A DNA stretch of 64,000 nucleotides from NCBI RefSeq assembly GCF_011386835.1, contig NC_088811.1:12524001-12588000 (forward strand), written 5' to 3'. Shown here in pieces: positions 23,301-35,099 of this stretch (its first letter is position 1; every line of letters begins with the position of its first letter). Made by a program: the position numbers and the translations under genes. The stretch is from Chrysemys picta bellii. Lineage: Eukaryota. A model generated the notes under the pieces. The model was not told the DNA's origin and searched no databases. It saw only the letters and a list, made by a program, of their open reading frames with translations.

Positions 23301-25576
23301 CACTGCCCCTCTGGGGCTGAGCCTCTCCAGAGCAGACCATGACCTGTCTGGGTCGGGTCACTCTGTCGGTGACACTCCAATGGACTCCATTGAGCAGTTT
23401 GGCTGTTGCCAAGGACTTTAGGGGATAACGCTCTTGGCGTGTAGAATCCATCAATGCTAAAGTTTTTCCGGATTTATATTTCCCAAACTATCTCCTCTCA
23501 GTGGAGCCGTGATCAGAACTGGCTCTGACATTCCCCAGGGGGAGTTTTGCAGTTCGGTATGTTTATGTGTGTAGCAATAAAAACCCAGATGCTTTTCCTA
23601 GACAGCCTCCTCTTGCAATCTGGTTCTCCCAGACTGCAGAGTCTATTAACATAATACCTACAGCAAACAGAGACTTGTTCCACCAGGAACTGGCTTGCTG
23701 TTGATACTGGAGCCACCTGGCTTTAGGTCAGGCAGTTCCGACTCTTCCTTCCATATTTAGCACATTCCACTGATTTTATGAGTATTTTGCCCCTGGAGGG
23801 GGCTGAGCGGGGAGGAATAATTTTCAAAGCCTCAATGTGTCTCCAGAGGTTTTGCTTGATGGCGTGACATGCAGCTCCAGCAAGGACGGGATTGATTGCT
23901 AGAGCTGGGATTGTTATTATCTTCCCTTCCCCTGGAGCGCCTCCCGTGGGGTCGCTCTGGGGCGTGGGGCTGGTTTCTGGCAGCTCCCGCCTGTCTCGCT
24001 GCTGGCGGGTGTGGATGGGTAGGATAGGGCTGTTTTTGAAACGCTCTCCTCTAAGAGAAAACATCAGGTAGGCCTCATGTGGTGTATTGCTCACTGGGGG
24101 CCTGCTTTTGTGCCCGTTGAAGCAATGGGAGAATACCTACTCAGTCCTGTGGAGCTAGAGCCCTTATATATGTGACACTCATGACAGGTGCCTCATGATT
24201 GCACCAGAGAATGAAGTCCCCAGGGCAGGTGTAGCAGCAGGGCCAGCGTCCTCCATGATGACCTTCCAGGAGCAACCACCTCCAGGGATGAAAATGGAGT
24301 TTATTCATCAATCTAGGCTTGTCATCTCCACTGAGATTGCTAACGAGAGAGGTGGGAGGCCAGGCTAAGGAAGCAGGGAACGGGAGTATAAAACCATTTC
24401 ATAGGATATAATAGTTTGGGGGTGGGGGGGGGTCTGCCCCCAAACCAAACTCCACCCACTGGTGACATCACTCACAGTAGATTGTGCATAACACAGCTGT
24501 CCTCCTGCCCGGAGTGCTTTCAGCAGCAGCAAAGGTGTGCCGGGGACATTTGAATGATCCTCCTCATTGCCAGGATGCAACGTTAATGCTCCATTGAGAT
24601 CGGTAGGGGGTGGGTCAGAGCTATTGCACAGGCTGTGAGCCGACTCAGGCAGACATCACTGCTGCAGCTACACTCAGTTCTCAAGCTGAAGTTTTAAAAT
24701 GAAACCTCAGATTCTGGAGCACAAGATGGCAATACCCTCCCCTCACCGCACACACAAACTTTCTGTTCTGCCACTGGGAGCCAGTCCAATTGACCCCAGC
24801 AGAAAAGCATTAAAAGCTTTCATTGAAAACCCAATACTCATCTGGGAGACCAACTGAGCAGAACTATAGGCATTAGGCACCCAAATACCTTTGAGGATCT
24901 GGGACCAGGTGACTCATCATTCTGTTTGCATGAACAATCTAATTCTTATAAGCATCTTCTTTAACGAACATGCCCAGAACAAAATACCCACCCACCTCTT
25001 AAACTACATTTCCCAGAATGCCAGTGGCCAAGGGTCAGAGTTCATATACCCCTTTCCAGGTATAAAAGCTCCAGCCTCTGTGTATAACTCCATTACAAGG
25101 TGTTTTTACTACCAAGATAATAGTGGGGGAATGAAGCAACATTGCTCCAGTTGCCTCTGATCATCCCATGGCACAATCAGTCACGTAATCAGCTTTACCA
25201 ACACAACAAGGTACTTTCTTGACAATTAATGTAGGAATTGGGGGTGAGAGGGCAGCTCATGTAACTGGTCTCATATTTACTCTTCCCAGCAGTAATGTCT
25301 TTGGTACTCAAAGCATTTCAATATGCGTTGGTGTAAATATCTCTCTTTCCCCAATGTATTTTCTGTCTGGGTTAGCTGGAGTCACACCAACATAAAAGGA
25401 AAAATTTGCTGGCCGGTAAGCAGAGGGTAGAACAGGATACCGCCCTTCTCCTTACACCTGTATGTGTATTGGTGGTGACCCGAGTTCTCCGTCCCATATC
25501 TCCCAACCCCTCTGATCCAGGCAGTCATTGGATATTATTATTCTAGCAAGACTTTAAACCCAAATATACATCACCG

Positions 25577-25826
25577 AGGCCTGGTTTATGCTTAAAAGTT
25601 AGGTTACCAGCTACGACACTCAGAGGTGAGAAAAGTTCACACTCCTGTCAGGCAGCTGTAAGCTATGCCTTGCTGTAGACATGGCTAGGTTTGCTGACTA
25701 AGGTACAGCTGCTCAGAGAGGTGGTTTACCTACTGCAATGGAAAAATGCCTTCTGACTCTGTAGGATACGTTTATGCTACAGTGTTAGTGCCAGAGCTGT
25801 GTTGCTGTAGAGTAGACGTGGTCCTA
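25577..25826. mobile_element. Degenerate Harbinger-like MITE
   Basis: gtagac-type ends and internal gtagac motif. Confidence 0.4.
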
Positions 25827-26278
25827 GTGAAGTAAGGAGAGGCTCTTGTGCTTTGCGGCTAGCTGGTAATTGTGCTAGTAGTTTTTGCGATGCATTGCTC
25901 AGTTAGGAAATGAATTGAGACCAACAGCTCACTTCATGCAAGCCATTGGACAGGGCACATGCTTACAACTGCTGTCGCTTCTGCCCTGTGTGGGATTTGA
26001 ACTCCTGGCCTAGATGTGGAAACAGAACTCTGCAGCCCATTATAAAAACCCCAGGTCATCCCATTCTCTCTTACCCCTTTGAGTATTTATTGCAGCAGGG
26101 TTGTCAGTGCCGCACCCATAGGACCTGTGAAGTAGTGGCACAAGGGTAGGCACAGTTGGAAAAGGCCTCACATAATTGGTGGGAAAAGCATGGGCTAGAA
26201 CCATAGACCAGAGTTGTGCTCGCTTCCTGACATGGCCCTCATCAGAACTAAGAAACAAGTGAGATCCAGTTACTATCC

Positions 26279-26453
26279 GAGCATTGGCCTGCTAAACCCA
26301 GGGTTGTGAGTTCAATCCTTGAGGGGCCTACATAGGGATCTGGGGCCAAATCAGTACTTGGTCCTGCTAGTGAAGGCAGGGGGCTGGACTCAATGACCTT
26401 GCAAGGTCCTTTCCAGTTCTAGGAGATAGGATATCTCCATTAATTTATTTATT
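26279..26453 (+). mobile_element. Tortoise Pol III/SINE (tRNA-derived), 5'-truncated
   Basis: cctgctaaacccagggttgtgagttcaatccttgagggg head; ccagttctaggagatagg tail. Confidence 0.9.
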
Positions 26454-26472
26454 ACCATGGGCACTAGATAGT

Positions 26473-26654
26473 GGGGGTAGGGATAGCTCAGTGATTGGAG
26501 TATTGGCCTGCTAAACCCAGGGTTGTGAGTTCAATCCTTGAGGGGGCCATTTAGGGATCTGGGACAAAAAAATAGTTGGGGATTGGTCCTGCTTTGAGCA
26601 GGGGGTTGGACTAGATGACCTCCTGAGGTCCCTTCCAACCCTGATATTCTATGA
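26473..26654 (+). mobile_element. Tortoise Pol III/SINE, full length, CR1-like tail
   Basis: A box TAGCTCAGTG, B box GTTCAATCC, 3' end ccttccaaccctgatattctatgat. Confidence 0.9.
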
Positions 26655-28272
26655 TCGCTGGCATTGCTTCCTCTGTGTAAATAGAGGGACAGTCACATCA
26701 GCTAAGAGTATGTCTACCCAGCAGCCAGGAGCATGCTTCCCAACACAGGTAGACAGAGGCACTTCCTCAGCTCAAGTTAGCGTGCTAAAAATGGCAGCGT
26801 GGGGGGTGGCTTGCACTAGCCCCCCCATCCCCCAAATACATGCAGGAGTGGCTAGCCCAAGCTGCTGCCTGCACAGTTATTTTAGAGACACAGACACTGT
26901 GTCTCTGCCAGGTAGAATCACCCTAAGGAGGTAAACAGTGAAACCGCCTCTGTTTCAGAGAAAGGAAATGAATTCCCTAGCCCTCAGCTCTTCAGTTCAG
27001 AGCTACCGCGAAGTAACTGCCCCGACGAGTCCTGGGCCATTGTATGGACAAAGAACCCTGCTTTGATACTGTTACCTTGTGTTACTGGGTCTTTGCTGTT
27101 TGTGGCCTTGTGTTGGGGATGATGTTACCAGCGTGGGTTGTCGGTGGGAAGAAGCAGCTCTTTCTAACACAAAAATCACATCGCTCCAGGGTTGTTGTTA
27201 AACAGGGGCAATGTATCATTGGGCAGCAAGTTACTGATCTTCCCCCGGTACAAGTCACTAGGCCAAATGCAGCGGGGGTAAGTGGGTGCAAGTCGGGTGG
27301 CAATCTCTGTGCCAATGTAAGCAATAATATACAGAGCGTCAGTTGCACATCAAGGACAGTTGGTCAGAAACCTGATGTAGCTGGCCGGGTAGCATAACTC
27401 CTGCAGATCTGCCATGCTGAAGATGGGTGAAACTCGCAGGCTGAGAAGGGGGATGGGGAAGTGCGGCAGGAAAAGCAGCTAGCAAGAGGGTGTGAGACAA
27501 AGCAAACCCATCCACACCCTTTCATCTATGGCTGCACCCTTTGGGCCACCTTTAATCTCTGTGTGAGCAAGTATAATTCCCAGGCAGCTTGACTTTCCCC
27601 AGCATAACTCTATCGCCTTCAGTGGGTTACTCCTGTTTTCCACTAGCGTGTTTGAGATCATGGTTAGACCTGCTGGGCCAAATTCATTTCGGCACCGGTG
27701 CAGAGACCAATGTCTTGCTGTCCCGTTAGCCAGAACTGTCCTTGGGGTGTGTTGTGAGGAAAAGCTGGGGCGGGAGGCAAGATTTTCAGAAATTGATGCC
27801 TAAAGTTTGACACCCAAATAAGTAGGCTTATTTCCAAAAGTGCCTGGAACCCATTGCTTGCATAGTCCTCAATGTAAACTACTGGGGATTAGGCACTTTT
27901 GGAAATAAGGCTTCTTATTTAGCCTAGGAACTTGATTTAGGTGCCTAAACATGGATTTGGGGGCCTCATTTTAGATCTTTGGCTGGGCCTGATTCAGATC
28001 ATGGGTGTAAATCAGGAGTTAAATCCATTGAGGTCAGCAACTACACGAGTGTAAATGAAATCCGGATCAAGCCCACACCGTGCATATGGCAGTGATTAAG
28101 GGTGAGGGGGTGTCCACTGAAGCTGGCCAATGTTAAACAGAACGGGCTGCAGAATCACGGTATTTGAACCTGCAGAGTTCAGGATCCTTGCCCCCAAACC
28201 CTGGACACTTTGGTGTAAAGTCCCAGAATGCCAAGGAGTCCTGCCTCCCACTGAAGGTGTTAATGCTGCAAA

Positions 28273-28465
28273 GGGGGGGAGGGATAGCTCAATGGTTTGA
28301 GCATTGGCCTGCTAAACCCAGGGTTGTGAGTTCAATCCTTGAGGGGGCCACTTGGGGATCTGGGGCAAAATCACTACTTGGTCCTGCTAGTGAAGGCAGG
28401 GGGCTGGACTCAATGACCTTTCAAGGTCCCTTCCAGTTCTAGGAGATGGGATATCTCCATTTATT
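28273..28465 (+). mobile_element. Tortoise Pol III/SINE
   Basis: Same head and tail as the 26279 copy. Confidence 0.9.
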
Positions 28466-28719
28466 AAATATTAAAAAGGCCACACTTGGGCTGTGAATCT
28501 AAAAGCAGCTGATAATGGATTTCTCCCTCGGTGCTTCGATCCTTAATTTGGTCTGCGCAGTTAAACACAAGCAATTAGCCATCCTCCACCACCCCTAAGT
28601 ATTTTACAAACTGACTCCTAGTGATAGAAAGTCTCTGTCCCATCTCTCCCAGGCATACTGCCTTTGAGTCAGTAAACTGTGAGATCCTGCCTCACCTATG
28701 GCAGTGCACCTAATAAAAT

Positions 28720-28922
28720 GTAAAAAGCGAGAAAGAGTCCTGTGGCATCTTATAGACTAACAGACGTATTGGAGCATAAGCTTTCGTGGGTGAATACCCA
28801 CTTCGTCAGACGCATCGCACCAACGAAAGCTTATGCTCCAATACGTCTGTTAGTCTATAAGGTGCCACAGGACTCTCTGTTGCTTTTTACAGATCCAGAC
28901 TAACACAGCTACCCCTCTGATA
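28720..28922. mobile_element. Penelope-like element remnant, palindromic
   Basis: About 53-bp inverted arms (28735-87 / 28823-75, 1 mismatch) followed by acagatccagactaacacagctacccctctgata. Confidence 0.8.
28774..28813 (-). ncRNA. Minimal type-I hammerhead ribozyme-like motif (Penelope-derived)
   Basis: GCGU-CUGACGA-A-GUGGGU(AUUC)ACCCAC-GAAA-GC-UU-AUGC. Confidence 0.6.
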
Positions 28923-29026
28923 ATTAATAAAATGTAGGCATTTGAATTCAGGAAAGTATATGGATTTTTTTTTTTAATGCAACAGACAGGAAAAAACAAT
29001 TCAGCATAAAAGACTAATGTGTTAGT

Positions 29027-29113
29027 TTTATTTGAACATGATTTTTTTTTGGTGCTAAAGTAAGAAATGTTCTTATAAAACATCAAATAAATAAATAAAT
29101 AAAAATAAATAAA
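29027..29113 (-). promoter_or_regulatory. BNP 3'UTR AU-rich element (29086-29113) and polyA signal (29027-29032)
   Basis: Overlapping ATTTA pentamers on the - strand, then AATAAA. Confidence 0.8.
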
Positions 29114-29213
29114 TAGGAATAACTTCTCCATGAAAGCGTTTAGAAAGCACATGGAAAGCATCCTGGGAGAAATCGGCACTGGAACACATTCTTCAGAGCA
29201 CTGGAGAGTCGCC

Positions 29214-29230
29214 TTAATTCTTCCTGAAAC
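29214..29230 (-). CDS. NPPB: BNP exon 3 coding part (GFRKN*)
   Basis: tttgcag|GT TTC AGG AAG AAT TAA. Confidence 0.9.
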
Positions 29231-32200
29231 CTGCAAACAAGTCATGAAATAAGAGTTATGGCAGGAAAATGGGGAGACCTTGAATGCACTTTGCTCTGTC
29301 TTTCAGTGCTTGCCATCCTCATCCTAGGTCTGTGCTTTGAAAATCAAATCCCCAAGCTGCGTCCTTTAGTAAAACACAGAAGGTGGTTTTGTTGGGTGAC
29401 CTTTGGCAAACCACTTTGCCTTGTTGTACCTCAGTTTTCCCATGGGAATAGAATGAGACTTTACACTCTGTTATAAAGCACATTAAGATCTATGGATGAA
29501 AATCACTATACAAGAGCTGTTAAATCCTGGGTTAATATAAATTGTCGGGGGGTTAAAGAAAGATGCTTCTCTATGTGACGGTGTCAGAAATCACTCCTAG
29601 GGCTGCTTTTAAAGGACAGTGTCAGTTTAAAAATTATAACTAGGCTTGGCAGGATTCGATTTTTATCGGTAAATGTCAGTAGATGTCAATTTCACCATAC
29701 ACCCAATGGGTTACTTGTGAAACAAACAAAAAATATTGCCAGGGATTAATCATTGAAATTTACAGCTAAGCGAAGTAAGCTGCTGCTTGAACTTAGTAGA
29801 GTTTGATGTAAGGATATTTACTTGATATGTTTTGACATGTGACGTTGACCGCTTGTGTTCCTGACTCTTACAAAGCTTTAACTTTTGAATCTCCGTGTCT
29901 GCTGTCATAACTAATTCTGTTAATTTCCTGTTAATTTCCTGCCACTGAAAATTTAAAGGATAAAACTGCTTAAAAATAAACATCTATATATTTGTTAGAA
30001 TATCAAATTCTGCCAAGCCTAATTATAATAAACTTGCAAAAAAATTATTGTGTTACTAAGAACCACTGTAGATTATTAAAATATGGGCTAGATCCTCAGC
30101 TGGTGTTAATCAGCGTGGCTCTGAGTCAATGAAGCCAGTTTACACCAGCTGAAGATCTGGCTTTGAAAACTGTAAAAATCCTAGGCCATGTGCGCACCAG
30201 GAGCGCCTCGTCTGTATAGGATACTGGTATTTTCCTGTACCAGTAAAGTGCTGGGCTTTTGCAGGCCTAATTTATTCCAACCCGTTCCCCCTCTCTGTCC
30301 TGAGCCATAAAAGCACAGCTTCAGTGAGAGAACTGCATCTGTACCCGTGGCTTTTTCTGGCACAGCCCAGTTGGTCACAAATCACAGCTCATCCCGCCCC
30401 GAGCGACACAGCCATGCCGGCAGAAGTCTGTGGTGTGGCCATCGCCTAAATTACTTCTCCCCATTTCTGCGGTTGGGTTTACACTTTGTACTTCACTCAG
30501 ATCGGTCAATGAAAACAGACCAGTCAGTCTAATTTTCTCAGGTTCTCGTGCCCTAGCCTAATGCTGCAACGATTGGTTTGCAATCACCATTGGCGGGGGT
30601 GGGGAAGTGGTTAAATCCAAATCAAACACTATTTATACTGAGATTTTTCTAAATCTAAACAAATGTCACTAAAACGCTTTTGTTTTAAATGTTTTCCTTT
30701 TTTAAAAGCAAAAGCCAAATTACAGGCCTACACTAACGTGCATCATTTCTTTAAAAGCAAGATGTCTTTGGTAGCAGAAGCATCTCTCTATCCAGGTTTT
30801 TATGCTGTGCCTATCACCGTGGTATCCAAGCACCTTGCCATGTCCCTACGCTATTAATATCACTATTTAAATAAATTTATATAGTGGCACTAATTTGCAT
30901 GATGATGATGTGCAAAAATAGGCTTAGATCCTGCATGTGGCCCCTTGTGCCCATGCAGCTCCCAGCCGAATAGATCCAATGGCAAGATCAGAGCCATAGA
31001 CAAGAAGGTCCTCACTGCATCGAGTCTCAATAAAGGAAGATAAGCTTTGGACAGGACACAGGCCGCCAGTTCAGGAGAAGGATGAGGTGGGTTTCAAGGC
31101 TGGATTTGGAGAAGGGAGCCTGGTTCAAGGGGGCTGTTCTAGACATAGGGGTAGTTGATAAAAGGCCCGAAGATAAGAGCAGGGAAAGGACGGGAAGAGA
31201 GGCTAAGGCAAAAGGGGTGAGATGTGTAATGAGCAGGAAGGAGAGGAGTGGGAATGTGAGCAGATGACGGTGGTTTGACAGGACAGGGATGTCCATCGGG
31301 TTGTCTCTAGGCTGTAAGGTCCATACAGAGATCATCCTTTTGTTCTGAGTTTGCACAGCGCCTAACACAATGGGGTGCTGGTCCATGACTAGGCTTCCTA
31401 GGAGCTACAGTAACCCACATAAATAATCATCCATTTATAATGAGTTGGGTTAGGAGGGACTCACCATTGCAGCCCATTCCGCTCAGAGAGCCGATCCTGT
31501 CAATTCTTCTCCCAAAGCAGCCTGAGTCTCTCATCATCTTGGGAGCTTGCAGCCCCCTCAGTCGCTTGAGGATGGGGTCCCTATAGGACAGAGGGGCGCT
31601 GGGGGCTGGCCTGGGTTCGGGCTCCTGGTCACTGCTGTCATCAAAGAGTTCTGGTGGAGTCTCTTGCTGAGCTTCGGGCTCCTGAAGATCAGGGTTGGAC
31701 TCCAGGGCTTCCATCAGTGAGAACTTGTCCTCCAGCCTCTCCAACAGAGCCTGCGAGAGAAGGGCACAGACTGAAACACTCATCCCTGTGATTTCCCCCT
31801 TGCCTTCCTACCCGCTCAACCTTTGCCTAACCACTGAAAATAGCAGTCGTCCTATTGCCACCGGGCCTGGGGAGACTGTGTGCAGGCTGGGCTGTAGGGT
31901 CACCTCCCCTCTGTCTTCTTTGTCCCACCCAGACCCTACAGTCTTGTTACTCTGCCCCTGTGTGAGCACATACCCGGGGGGTTCGGCAGGGTTGTGCTTG
32001 GGTGGCTAGCCTGAGCCCCCCCACCTCCCCACCACAGCCACACTGCTATTTGTAGTGTCCTGGCTTGAGTAGAGCTAGCACATCTCTGTCTACCCGCACT
32101 GAGAAGCACCCTCCCAGGTGCTGTGTACACATCCCCTAAGATGGAAGGGGTGGTTCACTGCCTCAATGTCCTTTTGGGTCCATCTCTGCTCCAGGTTCTT

Positions 32201-33707
32201 AGCTAGCAGCAATGGCCTGCAGTGCTCCTCTGTACCTGGCCAAAAAGCTGCCAGCTTTCCCCTTCTTTTGCAGACCTCGGAAGGGGTCACCTGCATCTGT
32301 CCCCCGCCAGGCTGTTGCGAGAGGCTTTACAGAGAGAAACTCTTGATCTCGCCCAGAAGCTGCCCTTGGTGTGGAACAGTGTTGCTATCCCCACAGTCGC
32401 GTGGGGTGCACACATCTAGAAAGCCTGCACACCAGTCTTTGCCCTGGCTTCCTGCTCACTTCTGAGGATCACTCATCACTCAAGATGAGTTTTAAAGCCC
32501 TGAATAACGTGGAATCGGGTCTCACTTCCAGAGCAGCTCAAAACAGCTCAGAGCCTCTTGCTGTCCCTTCCTAGGTTTCAACCCCCTCCAGTGAGCAGCT
32601 ACCTTCTGGGGGGTGCTGCCTGTGGGATCCTCTCCTCTGGGCACTTTGCAAGAGCCAGAACCTAGCTACGAGGCTCCATGCAAAATTTAACAGTTTGGCT
32701 TAACTTTTGCCTGTTTTATTCTGGGGGGTTGTTCTAATACTTTTAGGGAGCTTGTTCTTTAAGGGCTTGGTCCTATACAGGGCTGCTCACGCCGGTCCCA
32801 ATCCAGCAAAGCACTTAAGCAGATGTTTAACTTAAAGCAAATATATAATCCTATTGAAGTCACTGGGCTCCTTCATCATGCACGACGGAACCTGAATGTT
32901 GGTTGCTATGGCAATGGACACCATAAATCCCACAGGTGCATAATCATTTCCCAGCTCTGGGGGCTTTTCTGAGGGAGTCCAGCTTTGTGATCAAACCATT
33001 CATTTTTTTAAAAAGTAATGAATGAATCTTCTAAAAGTTCACACCCATCTGCCCCAATCCCCTGCTCATCTCCTGCCCACACAAACCCTGGGTCTTTCCT
33101 CGTGTTTCCCAAATGTGAATGCACACACTGTCTTCTGCTTCGGTGCACCTGTACCTTAGTGAGAGAAATCGTATGAGGGACCTCATCTCAAAAAACCCAT
33201 TGTCTCCTCTTCTAAAGCTACACTGATCCTTTTATAATTCCTTCTAGAGGAATGTCCCTAAGTTCTATTAGCGCCTTAAGGAAAGACGGTTTCTGTATTG
33301 AAGAGGCAGATGTTCCACAGCCTCGGGACCCTCTTCATCCCTGCTACCACCAAGGATCATCGGATGAACCCGCTAGCTGACAGGATCAGTCCCTCGAGGG
33401 TTCTGGGTTCTCTGACGCGAGAGCCCCATCTTAAAATGGTTTGGAGCTGACAGTGCAGTTGGCTGGGTCACCTTGTCCCCTGTGGGTCTCTGCTAGCTAC
33501 ATTACTGCACTAGAGAAAGGTGTTGGCACCACACCGTGCTCGGCGGAGCCCTGGAGAGTCTAACAACACAAAGCAAAGAGTCCTCACCTCCATGCTGGCC
33601 AGTTCTTTGGCAGGGCTGAGGCCGTAGATGGGGTTGGTTCTGCTGGACTGGAACTGAATGAGCAGCAGCAACAGGATCCCGCAGGAAAATGAACCTTTAG
33701 TGTCCAT
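29214..33707 (-). CDS. NPPB: B-type natriuretic peptide precursor (140 aa)
   Basis: complement(join(29214-29230,31465-31750,33588-33707)). Mature [29 protein letters not shown], one residue from the recalled chicken 29-aa cardiac peptide (BNP). ATTTA-rich 3'UTR and an MCAT/GATA promoter typical of BNP. Confidence 0.9.
29345..29515 (+). mobile_element. MIR/CORE-SINE in BNP intron 2
   Basis: gtgacctttggcaaaccact...cctcagttttcccatggg. Confidence 0.6.
29641..30021. mobile_element. hAT non-autonomous element in BNP intron 2
   Basis: TIR TAGGCTTGGCAG / CTGCCAAGCCTA; 8-bp TSD attataac/attataat. Confidence 0.85.
30085..30160. repeat. Ancient hairpin mini-element (similar copies at about 20176, 27985, 42675, 47080, 58885)
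   Basis: agatcctcagctggtgt...acaccagctgaagatct imperfect palindrome. Confidence 0.65.
31465..31750 (-). CDS. NPPB: BNP exon 2 (ALLERLEDK...GMGCN)
   Basis: ctcgcag acceptor; G|GTGAGT donor (phase 1). Confidence 0.95.
33588..33707 (-). CDS. NPPB: BNP exon 1 (MDTKG...ELASME)
   Basis: Hydrophobic signal ILLLLLIQF; GAG|GTGAGG donor. Confidence 0.9.
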
Positions 33708-33818
33708 CCCTCTGGATCGGTTTGGACAATGGGAAAGTTCAAGCTTCTTCTGAGATGTCCCTTCGGGTCTCTCTTTCTCTCTCTTCCTTGTCCTGTTTTC
33801 TCCCTCCCCTGGCTGGTC

Positions 33819-33935
33819 TTTTATACCATTTGGGTGTGATCCCTGCTTCCTAGGTTATCTGTGGATTTATCGGGGGCACATTCCAGTCCCATGGCAGGCA
33901 TGCAGCTCTGTCAGGAGAAGATTCCCTTTATTAGC
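33819..33935 (-). promoter_or_regulatory. BNP proximal promoter
   Basis: TATAAAA 33819-25; GGAATGTG...GATAAATC...AGATAACC (MCAT + 2 GATA) 33853-85; CArG-like CTAATAAAGG 33925-34. Confidence 0.8.
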
Positions 33936-35009
33936 TGTCATTAGGAGGCAGCTGCTGCCGCTGAGGAATGTATGTCACAAGTCAGTGATTTCATGTCACT
34001 CTCCCCCCTCTTGATACCAGGCGCTGAGATTACAGAGTCCAGTTGGAAATTCTTAGCAATTTTGTTACGAGAGACCCCTATGGTCAGATTCATGGAGATG
34101 GGGGGGGTGAAACAACCCTGAAACTGCTCCGAACGCCCCTTAATCAGGAGCTTTCGGGAGGGAAATCACCTTGTACAGGGAAAGGAAAAGATCCCAGGCC
34201 CAGGCTTTGGGGAGGCAGAATCTGAAGAAGACCGATCTCCTAAAAGTAAATTTGAAGTGCTGGACAGACTCCCCTTCTATATATGGAATATTTGCAGCTG
34301 CTGCATACCATGGCAGTTGCTGAAAATCCCAGGCCTGGGGCTCTTCTCTTCTCAGTAGCGTTAGAGGGGAATCTCACGATTGGGATTGTCTTTGTTTGTT
34401 TGCACATCCACTACCAGAAAGGGGCCCTAATCCCTCTTTCCTCCGCCCTCACCCCTCCATTGCAACCCAAATGGAACCTTTAGGCTGACGTTTCGGAGGT
34501 GCTGAGTATCCCCTTTACTTCAGTGGCAATTGCGGGTACTTGGCACATTTTGAAAATCAGGCCACTAGTCTAGATAGCTATAAAATCTGTGTGTGTGTAG
34601 AATATGTATCAGGGGCCGCATTTTCAGATCAATGGGTATCTTGTCTAAGCATGAATTGCAGGGTTTGGCTCTAAATGAATTTGGCTACAGCATGATAAGC
34701 AATCATAGGTTCAGGAATAGTTTTCTCTGAGGGCCAGATTCTGATGCCCTTGTGCAGAATAGCACCTCATTCCACAAGTAGTCACACTGATTTCCGTGTA
34801 ACCGCTATGGTGACAGGTGCTGCTCGGCATGAGTCAGGGTGTCAGACTCTGGCCCTAAAAATATGTGTGGGGTGCACACAAAAGCATATATATATGTGTG
34901 TATATATAAAACATTTAGGTTTTTTTCTTAGAGTTCTGAAGTTTTCAATATTAGTTAAGCATTTTGGCTTTTAGTTATGATTGTCAAATTAGATGCCTTA
35001 GGAAAATAC

Positions 35010-35099
35010 AACAGAGGGTCCTGTGGCACCTTTGAGACTAACAGAAGTATTGGGAGCATAAGCTTTCGTGGGTAAGAACCTCACCTCTTCAGATGCAGA
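35010..35099 (-). mobile_element. Penelope-like short insertion with 12-bp flanking direct repeat
   Basis: ttaggaaaatac at 34998-35009 and 35100-35111; gtcctgtggcacc...gactaacaga...gcataagctttcgt shared with the 28.7-kb copy. Confidence 0.8.
35056..35096 (-). ncRNA. Minimal type-I hammerhead ribozyme-like motif (Penelope-derived)
   Basis: GCAU-CUGAAGA-G-GUG(A)GGU(UCUU)ACCCAC-GAAA-GC-UU-AUGC; perfect 4-bp stem I. Confidence 0.62.

Noticed and set aside
26473-26550. tRNA-like sequence with A/B boxes (also at 28273, 49350 and 26279)
   Set aside because: Continues into a shared SINE body and LINE-like tail, occurs in four diverged copies, and shows no proper acceptor stem; a SINE head, not a tRNA gene
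29192-29213. RE1-like TTCAGAGCACTGGAGAGTCGCC in the BNP 3'UTR
   Set aside because: Left half-site has 3 mismatches; at best a half-site
34495-34506. GGTGCTGA (RE1 left half) upstream of BNP
   Set aside because: No GGACAG half at the right spacing; lies within an ancient hairpin repeat
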